From Nemertoderma westbladi (Eukaryota > Animalia > Xenacoelomorpha), in NCBI GenBank assembly GCA_032718475.1, contig JAUCBJ010006956.1, positions 117,334 through 181,333 of the forward strand: a DNA stretch of 64,000 nt. The letters run 5' to 3'. Positions 49,099 through 61,000 of the stretch are shown piece after piece. The notes under the pieces are model-generated. The model ran no database searches. It saw only the letters and a program-made list of their open reading frames with translations, and had not been told where the DNA came from. Made by a program: the position numbers and the translations under genes. Within the stretch, counting starts at the first letter, position 1; the number at the start of each line of letters is the position of its first letter.

Positions 49099-51718
49099 CG
49101 AACTTGATAAAGCAGCTCTCCCTGCTCTTGAGGTCCCTGGGGTTGTTGGAACAGTTGTTCCTCTAATCGCTCCAAAGAACTTAAGAATCCCTGTACATAT
49201 CCGGCTGCCGACCTCTTCCACACAGCTGGATCTATAGTGTCCTTTACCACTCCCATCCTGTGTAAGTCCTCCCAGGCAGCTTCCGATAAGTTAAACGGGA
49301 ATCCGGGTCCGGGGAAGTTCCATTGCGTCTCGACAATAGACTTTAGTTCCTCCATTGTGTATCCCGCATAACTGTCCTTGGTCGATCACTTATTACTTCT
49401 CGCCCAATCGATTTGGTGTTCCTCCAACGCAATCAATACCCTAGTGAGTACGGCTGCAGGAAGAATGAGAAGTGGATCCGAATAAACTGCTTCTGCCATC
49501 TTTACTCTGCGCTCGGGTGTCAACTCCACCGTATCTGAACTACTGGAGCTATCGAGCCACTGAGAAATAAGTTCTCGGTTTGGGTGTTGCTGCTGTTTAA
49601 CAGCTGCCTCTTGGTCCCGCTTGACTTGAGCCCGAGTGCCTATGATAGACCTACGGTGCTTTACTAGCCTAGGGTCTGATACTACCACTGAAGGGATGAC
49701 CTTTCTTACAGTAGGAGGGGACTTGAACTTTGGTCTCAAATGTTCGGTACTCCTGTCGGAGTCGCAGACTGTTGTTTCTAGGAGACTATCTGACAGAGTT
49801 TGCTTTGTGTCAGCCATGTTTGATTGTACAGTTGAATGCCTACTACTATAACGACAGTTAAAGAAAGTCTAGTAATTCAGTATCAACTGTTAGCCTAGTA
49901 ATTAATTACCGATATCTTTACTCAATGTAACACGATATATATATAATATATTAGAGTACCGGTATACACTTATAGTATATATATAAGTATTATTACTAAC
50001 TAGGGTTTGTCACAGAATACCGGTATATAATTTCAGCATAAATATATATAAATATACAATAGGCCTACCATAAATACCGGTATACAGTTTACACTTATAG
50101 TATATATAATTATAATTATAGACTAGAATTAATTACAGAATACCGGTATATAATTTCAGCATAAATTGATATAAATAAATATAATAAGCCTACTATAAAT
50201 ACCGGTAATGTCAATTATTTTAGAATAACTGAATTTCTGAATTTTAGGATTACTTTCCTTTACTTTATTACTGTTATTAAGCAGTAGTCCAACTGATATT
50301 AAGACCTAATTGATGTATGACAGGCCTACTATTTTATAAATCAGTTTGAGTTGATTTATAATATATATATACCCTTATAATGGGTTTTTTACAATATTTG
50401 AAATAAATGTTATTATTTCTGGTAAGGAGTCACTACACAGAAGCTGAACGCTCTCAGTGAAGTGCTACTTGTTGGACACTAAAACAAATAATTCTACTTG
50501 ACTAAGTTACTTATTACTACAAATTACGTACAATTACGGGGTGAGATTACAATCTCTAAATAAACACAAAAAATTATATGTACAAATTTTAGGGTAATTT
50601 TACAGGAAATCTACAAACCAGCCTAACAAGGGGTTAGAATTTCTGGTTATTACAACGGACAGGATACTACGGTATTTGAAAATAATAAAGCAGTAGTAAA
50701 TAAATTGCGTTGTCCAGATAAGAAAATACCACCGTCTGACGACTTATAGTCTTTAGCTGTACAGCTCTATAAGTACTACGTTATGTACCCGGAGTGTTCT
50801 TACCTAGAAGTTAATTACCGCAGCCAACCAGAGCTAACGTGCCTATTAACCACTTTACAACACAAATATACCGCCTACACACTAATTACCTTCGGAAAGT
50901 ATTGTACACTAAACCCTAAATTAGGTACAAGTACTTATACAACAAATAACCAGCAGTTAAAAATACTTGTACAGCCAAAAGAACCACGGTATCTGCTGGA
51001 GTGACTAGAGCATAAAATCACCAGTCTTTACCTACGCCAAGCAGCCCTGATGTAGTACCGGGGTTAATTTAACTATAACGGTATGTATAACAAGCACAAT
51101 TACTGTAGGAATAAACTTGGGGAGTTATGTATGTTGCGAATACTCGCATATACTCTGAATAATAAATATTACGCTACCCGTGCAGACTACACAAACAAAA
51201 TACAAACCAAACGCTGGCAGACTACTATCAAGCGTAAATAAACTACAGTATATGCAGACTCCGAAATGGTTAGTTAGTATGCATTCTAACCGAGTAGTAT
51301 GACTTATTCTTTCGGGGGGGATTTACCTTACAGCACTGGATGCCCCCACCTTCCTAACTAGTACTTTATCGGACAAACACTCTACACACACTGCAATCTC
51401 TTCAGACTTAACAAAAGTCAGACAACAATCCAGCCTACAAATTATTTGTACAATTTGAGCGGGCTTAGACCCCTTCTGCTCAATATTACACTTACAAATA
51501 AATAAAACTGACAGAAATAAATAAGCTCTAAAAGAAACAAGGGGTGTACAGTCCCTAATCTCTTAAACAGCCTACCAATATACAATATCACAATCGAAAT
51601 AATACTGGTACCGGTAAGTACCGGTTCGGGTGGTTAGGTAGTTAGGCCTACAGGTTACCGTCCGACCGGTACAGTCGAATTTATTGCCTACGTGCAATCA
51701 AAACATTAAATCTATTAC

Positions 51719-52872
51719 TGTTCGCGCTTTCAGACCTTTAGCAGTTTAACCTGCCAATTTTAGGTGTCCTCTTGTTTATACATCGACTTTAGCCTATAAC
51801 AATTATTAGTGCACATGAAATAACATTAGCCGAAGCCAGCCTGTGCGCGATCATTCACCCACAGTTAAGGGAGACTGGATTCGGATGCTTTGAAGTGATT
51901 GTGGTGCAGACCTACGGTATTATTCGATTGATAGTTACTATATAATCTCTGACAATATTATTCACTTATATTATTAATATTAATAAATATTAACAGTTCC
52001 TTTAGGACGTGGCGCTTTAAGTATAAAACAGAGTTATGACTTATACTAAACACAACGAGATGGCTATTGATTTTCGTAAATGGCACATTCTTTAGGAGAT
52101 GCTTTATTATCTGTCACACTGCTGCATACAACTTCACACTGCTGCACACAGATCTGCCGACCGTCACTGAATTTAATCATATATAAGGAGGATAGCAACT
52201 GACACATGTAGGGATTATGAAATAGCATTTGACACACACTAAAACCACTGTAATGTAAGTCGCAATTGCTACCGGTAACCGGTCTCTCTAACCTTTGTTA
52301 ATCAAGAAGATTGGGGTTTTATGATTATTTATCGATATTCTCCAAATATAACACATATCCATCAACATGTAACAATTAATAACCGACAGTAAATAGCAGT
52401 AAAATAATGCGGTGAAATTGGTGCAGTTTGGATTGTTCAGTGCAGTGGTAATAGATTTACGCTTTTATAATCAAAGCCGTCTAATGTTGGCCAAAGTCTG
52501 AAACTTCCAACACAGAAGCACAGAATCATTTCCAAGCAGTTGTTCTCGCTCAGAAAGGTAAACAAAGACCATAATGCATTGCGCGACTTTCCGTAGGCCT
52601 CTGTGTAAAATAAAATGAAAATCGCTCTGATTGGTCGAGCGAGCCTGAACAAAGAAAGTTCCACATCGACAGCAAATCAGCTGACAGATTTCATCATCTG
52701 AACTACACTCTATTTAGAGTATTTGGCGTATTGCGGCATAAAATGGCTTGTTATGTCCGCTAAAACACCTACAGGGTACATTGCGGAGAAAATGGCTTGT
52801 TATGTCCGCTAAAACAACTAAACAGTTCATTGCGGAGAAAAATGACTGGTTATATCCGCAAAAGCTTTTACA
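51719..52872 (-). repeat. 5' LTR of BEL copy 1
   Basis: Direct repeat of 38210-39352, followed by TSD ACCAA. Confidence 0.96.
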
Positions 52873-53012
52873 ACCAATATCTATCTAATCTATCTATCTA
52901 ATCCTATTCTACTGATTGGGAGTACAGAAGTTGTGATTGTGAGGTAAAGTCACTAAATATGTATTAAACTGACAGTGGATGGATGTATCTGTAATATTTC
53001 TAACTACCCTTA

Positions 53013-53929
53013 TACACCATGTCCCAGAATATAGTGTCGTAATTAAGTGACACCCCCCCCCCCCCCCCCTAATTTTTCTACAAGTCTTAATGAGATTGCA
53101 TGAAATTTGAAACAGAGATAGTTTCACCTCCCGACCACTGACTGGGTGAGCCAGAATTTTTATTTTTGCTTTCAATCTTTAGCTACAAGCGTTTAAAAAA
53201 GTGTCTCCAGCGATATTACACCAGTTACACAGCAGTTATTATTCTTCCTTATAGCTGTTTGTTGGTACCAATGGAAAGCTGGTCAATGGTCATGCAAGGA
53301 TTCCAAATATGTAACACAATATGAATTTCGTTGAAAAATAGCTGAGATATGAGCGTACAAATGTTGCATGGTTTTGCACCTGCGCGAGGCTATTTTATTC
53401 TATTTGATAAATGCATCATATTCTGGAATATTTTGTTTATCAAAATACGTAGCTGGGCAACAATGCATTACATCTCTAATCATTCTATTACGTAGCTATT
53501 CATACATTTAAAAAATATTCCAGAATATGGTTTATTTATTAAATAGAATAAAATAACCTCGCGCCGGTGCAAAACCATGCAACATTTGAACGCTCATATC
53601 TCAGCTATTTTACAACCAAATTCAAAATGTGTTACATATTTGGAATCCTTTCCATTGGTACCAACATATAGGTAGAATATAAGGTAGAATAATAACTGCG
53701 GTGTAACTGGTGTAATATCGCTGGAGACACTTTTTTAAACGCTTCTAGCTAAAGATTGAAAGCAAAAATAAAAATTCTGGCTCACCCAGTCAGTGGTCGG
53801 GAGGTGAAACTATCTCTGTTTCCAATTTCATGCAATCTCATTAAGATTTGTAGAACAATTAGGGGGTGGGGGGGGGGGGGGGGGGGGCGTGTCACTGAAT
53901 TACGACACTATATTCTGGGACATGGTGTA
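53013..53929. mobile_element. Palindromic MITE 1 (TA|CACCATG termini)
   Basis: Almost wholly self-complementary over ~430-bp arms; TA at both ends. Confidence 0.9.
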
Positions 53930-54027
53930 GAATGATATTACTTCTGGAGAAAAAATTATTTTTACTATTATTTTGCCATCTAAGAAATATGATACTCTAT
54001 TCCTTATTATATTGAGTAATAATTGTA

Positions 54028-55032
54028 TACACCATGACCCGTAATAAAGTGTCATTTTCTGATGACACGGACCCCCCCCCCCCCCAAATTTTTCTATAGA
54101 TCTTTATAATATTGCTTGAAATTTGAAACACAACTTGTTCAACTCACCGTGGTTGTTACCATGAAGCCGGAATTTTCGATTTCGCCTGTAAATTTTATTT
54201 ATAAGGGTTTTAAAAATGTGTCTTTTGCGAAATCGCACCCTCTGTATCATTGCCATTCTTCACTTTAGTCGTAATTTTTTCACATCAATAGAAAGCTTGC
54301 TTACGTTGCAAGCTCAGCAGTAAGAAACGCGGCCAATGCATCAATTGGTGGAGTAGGAATTCTGCTAAGCCCATTTGCACTTAAGACCCCAAACAACATC
54401 GAATCTATAAATTCCAGGGTTATGATCGCAACATTTGATGGGAATCCCAAGGCAACAGTCATATGTTGCTACAGTCCAACCAATGCCTCAGAGCCAGAAC
54501 AAGCAGTCAAGTTTTATGAAGAACTGACTGGACTTATAAAGGACATTCCGAAACACAATGTTAAAGTCATTGCTGGTGACCTGAATGCGCAAATTGGCCC
54601 AGAAGACATCAAGGGTTACACCTATAACACCAGTTTTGTGTATTCATTAAATAGAATAACTGGCTTGCAGCGAACAATAATTCGTGTAATCTTTGAACGC
54701 CTATTTCTCAGCTGTTTCTCAATGAAATTCAGATATGGCTACATATTTGGAATCCTTTCAACGCAAGCTTTCTATTGCTGTGAAAAAATTACGACTAAAG
54801 TGAAGAATGGCAATGATACAGAGGGTGCGATTTCGCAAAAGACACTTTTAAAACGCTTATAAATAAAATTTAAAGGCGAAATCGAAAATTCCGGCTTCAT
54901 GGTAACAACCACGATGAGTTGAACTAGATGTGTTTAAAATTTCAAACAATATGATAAAGTTTTGTAGAAAAATTTGGGGGGGGGGGGGTCCGTGTCATCA
55001 GAAAATGACACTATATTACGCGTCATGGTGTA
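54028..55032. mobile_element. Palindromic MITE 2, related to MITE 1, interrupted by a LINE fragment
   Basis: 54028-54300 is the inverse of 54763-55032; same TACACCATG termini and poly-C/poly-G subterminal tracts. Confidence 0.88.
54305..54630 (+). pseudogene. RTE-like LINE endonuclease fragment
   Basis: IGGVGILLSP...RVMIATF...CYSPTN...IPKHNVKVIAGDLNAQIG. Confidence 0.85.
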
Positions 55033-57592
55033 TTTGTGTAAAAGGTTTTGTCGACATAAGTCATTTTACGCAATGCACTAAATACTCTAAAAGGCTTACA
55101 ATTGTGCAACTACGCGACTGTCAAGAAACACAGAGAGTTGGGGTGACAAAATCTTCCAGCTGTTTCTTTGTGTGAGAAATGTTCCCTTGTTGACATATTT
55201 CAGCCAATCAGAGCAACCTCCCCTGCCCTGTTAATAGCAGCATACGGAAAATGACGCATGCAGCACTTTTTCCAAGAATCCTACCTCATTCAAGATTCAT
55301 TCTGAAGTTCTGACGTTTCAGACTTTGCCCTAAACATCAGAGGCTAGAGTCATAAGAACGCAAATCTATTAACATACCAGTCACATTGCATATCACACGG
55401 TATACTGACTCTTTTCACCGAATTGCTTTAATACTGTTTTATATTGTTGTTAATTGCTGTTTACATTAATGGATGTTATATTTGGAGAATACTGATAAAT
55501 AATCGCAAACCCCTCAACTCTCTTAATTACTGAGGTAAGCAGAAGGGTGTACCGGTAGCAATTGCGACTCAAATTTATAGTGGTTTTTTGGTGCGAAATA
55601 AATGCTATTTCATAATCCCTACGTATGTCAGTTGCAGTCCTCCTTATATATGATCAAAATCAGTGACAGTCGGCAAATCAGTGTGCATTAGTGTGAATTA
55701 GTGTGAAGTAGTGTGAAGGTTAATAAAGCATTCCTAAAGAATGCGCTATTTGTGATACCCTATAGCCTCTAGTTGTGATTAGTGTAAGTCATAACTCTGT
55801 TTGATACTTAAAGCGCCACGTCCCAAAGGAACTGTTAATATTTCCCCGAAAGTAAATATAGTTGTCGGAGATTATATAGTAGCGATCAATCGAATAATAC
55901 AAAGTAGCCTACTGCAATACCTTTCTCTAGAATCGAATCCAGTCTCCCACACAGTGGGTCATACGCCGCTAGGCTGGTTTCAACTGATGTCAATTGGCAA
56001 GGGCAATAGTTGATTTAAGGAGACACTTAAATTAGCAGGTTAAACTGTTAATTAAAGGTCTAAAAGCGCGAACATTAATAGATTTAGTTTCTTTTATTGC
56101 TCAGTAGGCAATAAACCCCAACATACCGGTCGGACGGTAAACTGTAGGCCTAGTGGTGCCGAACCGGTACCCTATTCCAGTATTACTTCGATTGTGACAT
56201 ATTGTATATTCGTAGGCTGTTTAAGAGAGTAGGGCCTGTACGCCCCTCATTTCTTTTAGAGCTTACATATTTCTGTTGGTTTTATTTACCGGTAAGTGTA
56301 ATATTGAGCAGAAGGCGTGTAAACCTGCTCAGATTGTAAAAGTAACTTTAATGCTGGATTGTTGTCTGATTGTTGTTAGGTATGAGGTGGATTACAGTAT
56401 AGGTAGGTTATTTGTCCGATAAAGTGCTAGTTAGGAAGTGGAGGCATCCAGCGCTGTAAGGTAAATCCTCCATGAAAGAATAAGTCGTACTACATAGTTT
56501 AGAACGCTTACTAACTAATAATTTCGGAGACTGCATATAATGTGGTTTATAGGCTTGACGGTGGTCTGTCAGCATTTTGGTCTGTGTCTTATTTGAATAG
56601 TCTGTATGGGTAGCGTAATATTTATTATTCAGAGTTTATGCATGTAATTTACAACCTTCATGTCTCCAAGTTTATTCCTTACAGTAATTCTGTTTGTTAT
56701 GCATACTGTTATAGCTAAATTAACCCCGGTACTACTTCAGGACTGCTTGGCGTAGGAGAGACTGGTGATTTAGTACTCCTGTTACGCTAGCAGATACCGT
56801 GGTTCTTTTGGCTGTTCACGTATATTTAACTGCAAGTTATATGTTGTATAAGTGCTAGTACCTAATCTAGGGTTTAGAGTACAGTGCTTTCCTGAAAGTT
56901 AATTTAGTGCGTAGGCAGTATATTTGTGTTGTAACGTGGTTAATAGGTCAGTTAGCTTTAGGCTTCGATAATTAATCTCTAGGTATAGGACACTCCGGGT
57001 ACGTAGTGTTTATAGTGTAGACTATAAGCCGTCAGACGGTGGCATTTCCTTATCTGGACAACACAACGTATTGAATACTACTTTATTGGTTTTAAAATTC
57101 CGTAATTCCCTGTCAGTCTGTAAGAACCATAAATTCTAAATCCTTGTTAGTCTGGTTCGTAAAATTCTTGTAAAATTACCCTAAAAATTGTACGTGTAAC
57201 TTTGTTTATTGTTTACTTAGAGATTGTGTAATCTCAACCTGATACGTAGGTATTTTGTAGTGATAAGTAACTTAGTTAAGTAGAACTATCAGTATTTAGT
57301 GTCTAACCAGTAGCACTCCACTGAGAGCGTCTAACCTCTGTGTAGTGACTTCTTACGCAGAAATAATAACATTTATTTCAATAATTGACAAAACACATTA
57401 CGGGTATATATATTTATAAATTTAACTCAATCCGATTTATAAATTAGTAGGCCTGTTATACATCAATTAGGTTTAAATATCAGTTGAACCTCAGTGATAG
57501 AGTAAAGGGAAATAATTCCTAAAATCAGATATTATCAGTCATTGTTTAATTATTGACATTATCGGTATTTACAGTAAGCGTATTATATACTT

Positions 57593-57861
57593 ATACTAGC
57601 AGGCAATACCCGAGGCATGTTACCCGGTATTTCCTGCTACCGGCATAGGCCTACTGGCGCACTGGTACCGGTATAGGCCTACTGACGTACCGGTACCTAG
57701 TACCGGTACGGAACGTGAATTAAACTTTTCGAAAAGTGGCCTATAACGACCGCTGGTTAAAGTTATACACACATGCCAAGTTCCAGCGCAATCCCTCTGC
57801 CCATTTTGGAGGAGTTCGAACACAGAGAGAGAGACAGAATTTGATTTTTATAGGTATAGAT
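57593..57861 (+). mobile_element. Small Helentron/DINE-1-like non-autonomous insertion in the BEL leader
   Basis: ACTAGC...TACCCG...CCGGTA 5' end, (GA)n microsatellite and TTTTATAGGTATAGAT end; absent from the copy 1 leader. Confidence 0.65.
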
Positions 57862-58084
57862 AACTTAGGCTAATCTTATATACCGGTATTCTGTAACTGA
57901 TCCTAGTCTGTAGTAATACTGTTATATATACTATAGGTGTATACCGGTATTCTAACACTCGATATATACCATGTTACATTGAGTAACAACATTTGGTAAC
58001 TACGAGACTGACAGTTGATACTGATTTGCCCTAGACTTACTTTAACTGTTATTATCGTGATAGTCATTCAACTGTAAATAAAGT

Positions 58085-61000
58085 ATGTCTGAATCAAAAC
58101 AAATAATGTCAGATAGTCTCTTGGAACAGACGATCTGTGACCCAGATCAAAGTATAGAAAGGCCCCGACCGAGGTCTAAGTCCCCTCCTACTGTAAGAAA
58201 GGCCATCCCTACAGTAGTTGTGTCGGACCCTAGGCTAGTAAAGCACCATAGGTCTATTATAGGCGCTAGGGCTCAAGTTAAGCGAGACCAAGCGACGGCT
58301 GTAGAACAGCAGCAGTGCCCTGACCGAGAGGTTATTTCTCAACCACTCAGTAATTCTAGTTCCAATGCCGATGAGTTAACGCCTGAGATTGGATCAAAGA
58401 TGGAAGAAGTGGTTTACCATGACCCACTATTGATTCTTCCTGGGGCAGTGCTCACTCGAGTTCTTCTAGCCGTAGAAGAACATCAAGCGGACTGGATGAG
58501 AAATAAGAGATCGACCAGAGATAGTTATGCCGGATACCTGCTGGAAGAATTAATGTCTATTGTGGAGACTCAATGGAACTTCCTCAGACCCAGACTCCCG
58601 TTTAACTTATCGGAAGCTGCCTGGAAAGACTTACATCAAATGGGCGTAGTTAGAGACACCAGAGATCCCGCTGTATGGAAGAGGTCAGCAGCCGGATATG
58701 TCCAGGGATTCTTCACATCCTTGGGACGAATAGAAGCCCAGTTATTCAGAAGACAACTGGAACTTCAAGAGCAGGGAGAACTGCTATACCAAGTGAGAGA
58801 ATGGATATTGAGGATCAGATTAATCCTTTCAGCTTTTGAAGTAGCTTCAAAGATAAGTCAAGACACATCACTGCAGGTGGCAGTAAAGACTTGGTTCCAA
58901 CGAGTGAATGTTTAAGTCCAGGGAACAACCCAATGGAAGGCTCAGTTAGTGGAACAACTAGCCTATGGAGAATCAACAGATGCAATCTTCTCCTATGGGG
59001 AAAGCAAGGTGGTTTCTGAAAAACCTCAGAAGAAGGATGCTATTGATATCTATCTGTCGGATTATCAACGATTTATAGGTGACAAAGAGCTAAGGAGATG
59101 TCTAGCTGGACTTCCCCCCAATAGTGAAGCAGCCAAATTCATTTTGGATTCCTTAGATGCAGAGATGTTAGCGGCAGAGCAGGCTAAATTTGATGAAAGC
59201 ATTCTCAACGAGATGGACAAGGAGGAACAACTAAAGAAAGGATTAATAGAAGACCGGAAAATAGCTGCAACCACCGAGGCCGAATTAAAAGCTGCAGCGA
59301 CAGAAGTTGATCGAAAAGCAGCAGCGGCAACGGCAGCGGTGGAAGTTGATCGAAAAGCAGCACCGACAACGGCAGCGGCGGAAGTTGATCGAAAAGCAGC
59401 AGCAGCAACAGCAGCGGCGGAAGTTGATCAAAAGGCGGCGGCGGCAGAAGTAGAACGTAAAGCTGCCACAATAGAAGCTGAAAGGAGGGCAGATGAAGCA
59501 AAGGTACAATTAGAGTTAGAGAGCATTCAGGTGAGATAAGATTACTTAAGTAAACAAAGGGCAGCTACTCAGATGCAACTACTGAGTCGATCTAATCCCA
59601 GAACACATGGATTTACCTCCTCAGATGAAGGTACTACTACTGATTCCGAAGTAACAAATCCCATTCAAACAGACATAGAAGAGCGCCCATAAGACATAAG
59701 TTGCCCAACTTACCCCCCCCCCCCCCCGGTGAGAAGGGAATTAGCTAATGTAGACTTAAGAGATAGAGAGTCTATAACTCAGGTTGTAAGAGTAGAAAGG
59801 CTCCCTACTATAGTAGATGAGCCAGAAATAATTAGGCCTGTTAACAAAGCTACTACTTTAATAGAGACCCCTTTGCTCCCTGAACCCAACTCTGAATTCC
59901 CTTTACATAGTACCAAACTTCCCTTGTCCAGTAGACAAATGCCAGAATCGCAGACTGTTATTGACACTGAGCAGAATCTCATAAAGGGACTATCCCCTGT
60001 CGCCCCGATGTGCCATCCAGCTAAAATTTAGCAGCTCCTGCACCCACGGTTGAGTGGATGGAGGAGGTACGGCAAGAGATGGTGGAGCTGCTCGGGCAAT
60101 TGGCAAAAACCAAGGCTCGCTCCACAGCACAAGTCCGAGACTTGGAAGGGACTGTTCAATTGTTAAAGGGAACAGTACGAGATAGTAAAATAGAGTTGCA
60201 AGAATTACAGCAACAGATTGCTCTCGAACGCGATAAATTAGTCAATATACAAATGGGTATACCACCATCCCCTGTAACAGTGTGTCAGCCCTTTAGGTCT
60301 GAAGTATCTCATGCGCAAGGTGTGGAGCCTACACGCATCTATACTGCTAGCGAAGTAGAAACTCCTATTGTAAACCTTATTAATAGTATTAATAAACCTG
60401 TCGATAATGATGTCCCATACTGCTCTGATAATAATCCGAGAAATTTATATGCCGATAATCGATATTAAATAGTACGATGGCTCAAGAAAGTTTCATACGT
60501 CAGATGGCTAGGACGGAAGCCCGTCAAACTGTAAAAGTGGGCGAGGTCGTCAAGTTTAATGGAGATAAGATGAAATGGTTACCTTTTAATGAATATTACA
60601 AAGATAACATACAAAACTCTGTACTATCCAACAGAGAGAAACTACGATTCATCATCGAGTGCTTGGAAGGTCCTCCCAATTTAATGGTGTTAAAGTTTAT
60701 TGGACATCCTGACAGATTGAGACAAGTCTGGGATACACTTAACATCAGGTATGGTATTAGGACTAACATAGCTAGATACTGTATACGAAATCAGTAGCCC
60801 AGGAAGTTTCTTAGCAGCGGGATTATAGAGTTTTCCGATGAGATTCAGGAAATCTGTAGACAGTTAGACTGGTTGGGTAAGTCTCATGAATACCAAAGTT
60901 CTATGGTTGTAGGAGCTGTAGCGTCAATTTTGCCAAAAGGCATAGTAGGTACTCATTGGGACAAAAAGGTTCTCTACTTGATGGACCAACAACAGAGAGA

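Larger units (their letters stand above)
43347..49817 (-). pseudogene. BEL gag-pol of copy 1, disrupted
   Basis: DUF1759-like (FNGDEMKWLPF...KLRFL), BEL triple zinc knuckle, protease ALLDSGS, RT (GPNLLQ, DIAGMFLQV, YMDD), RNase H (QLHVFGDAS), then a jump to a DUF5641-like C-terminus (KLFKPVIDLSVL). Confidence 0.93.
38210..52872 (-). mobile_element. BEL/Pao LTR retrotransposon copy 1 (14.7 kb, two LTRs, integrase core deleted)
   Basis: LTRs at 38210-39352 and 51719-52872, TG...CA termini, 5-bp TSD ACCAA on both sides, and BEL gag-pro-RT-RNase H remnants. Confidence 0.97.

Noticed and set aside
52878-53005. Helitron 5' end (TCTATCTA...)
   Set aside because: Only a short microsatellite-like start; no matching 3' hairpin and CTAG end was found.
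56154-56167. TGGTGCCGAACCGG as a tRNA-Phe-like PBS
   Set aside because: It is 80 nt from the LTR edge and is not conserved at the homologous position in copy 1.
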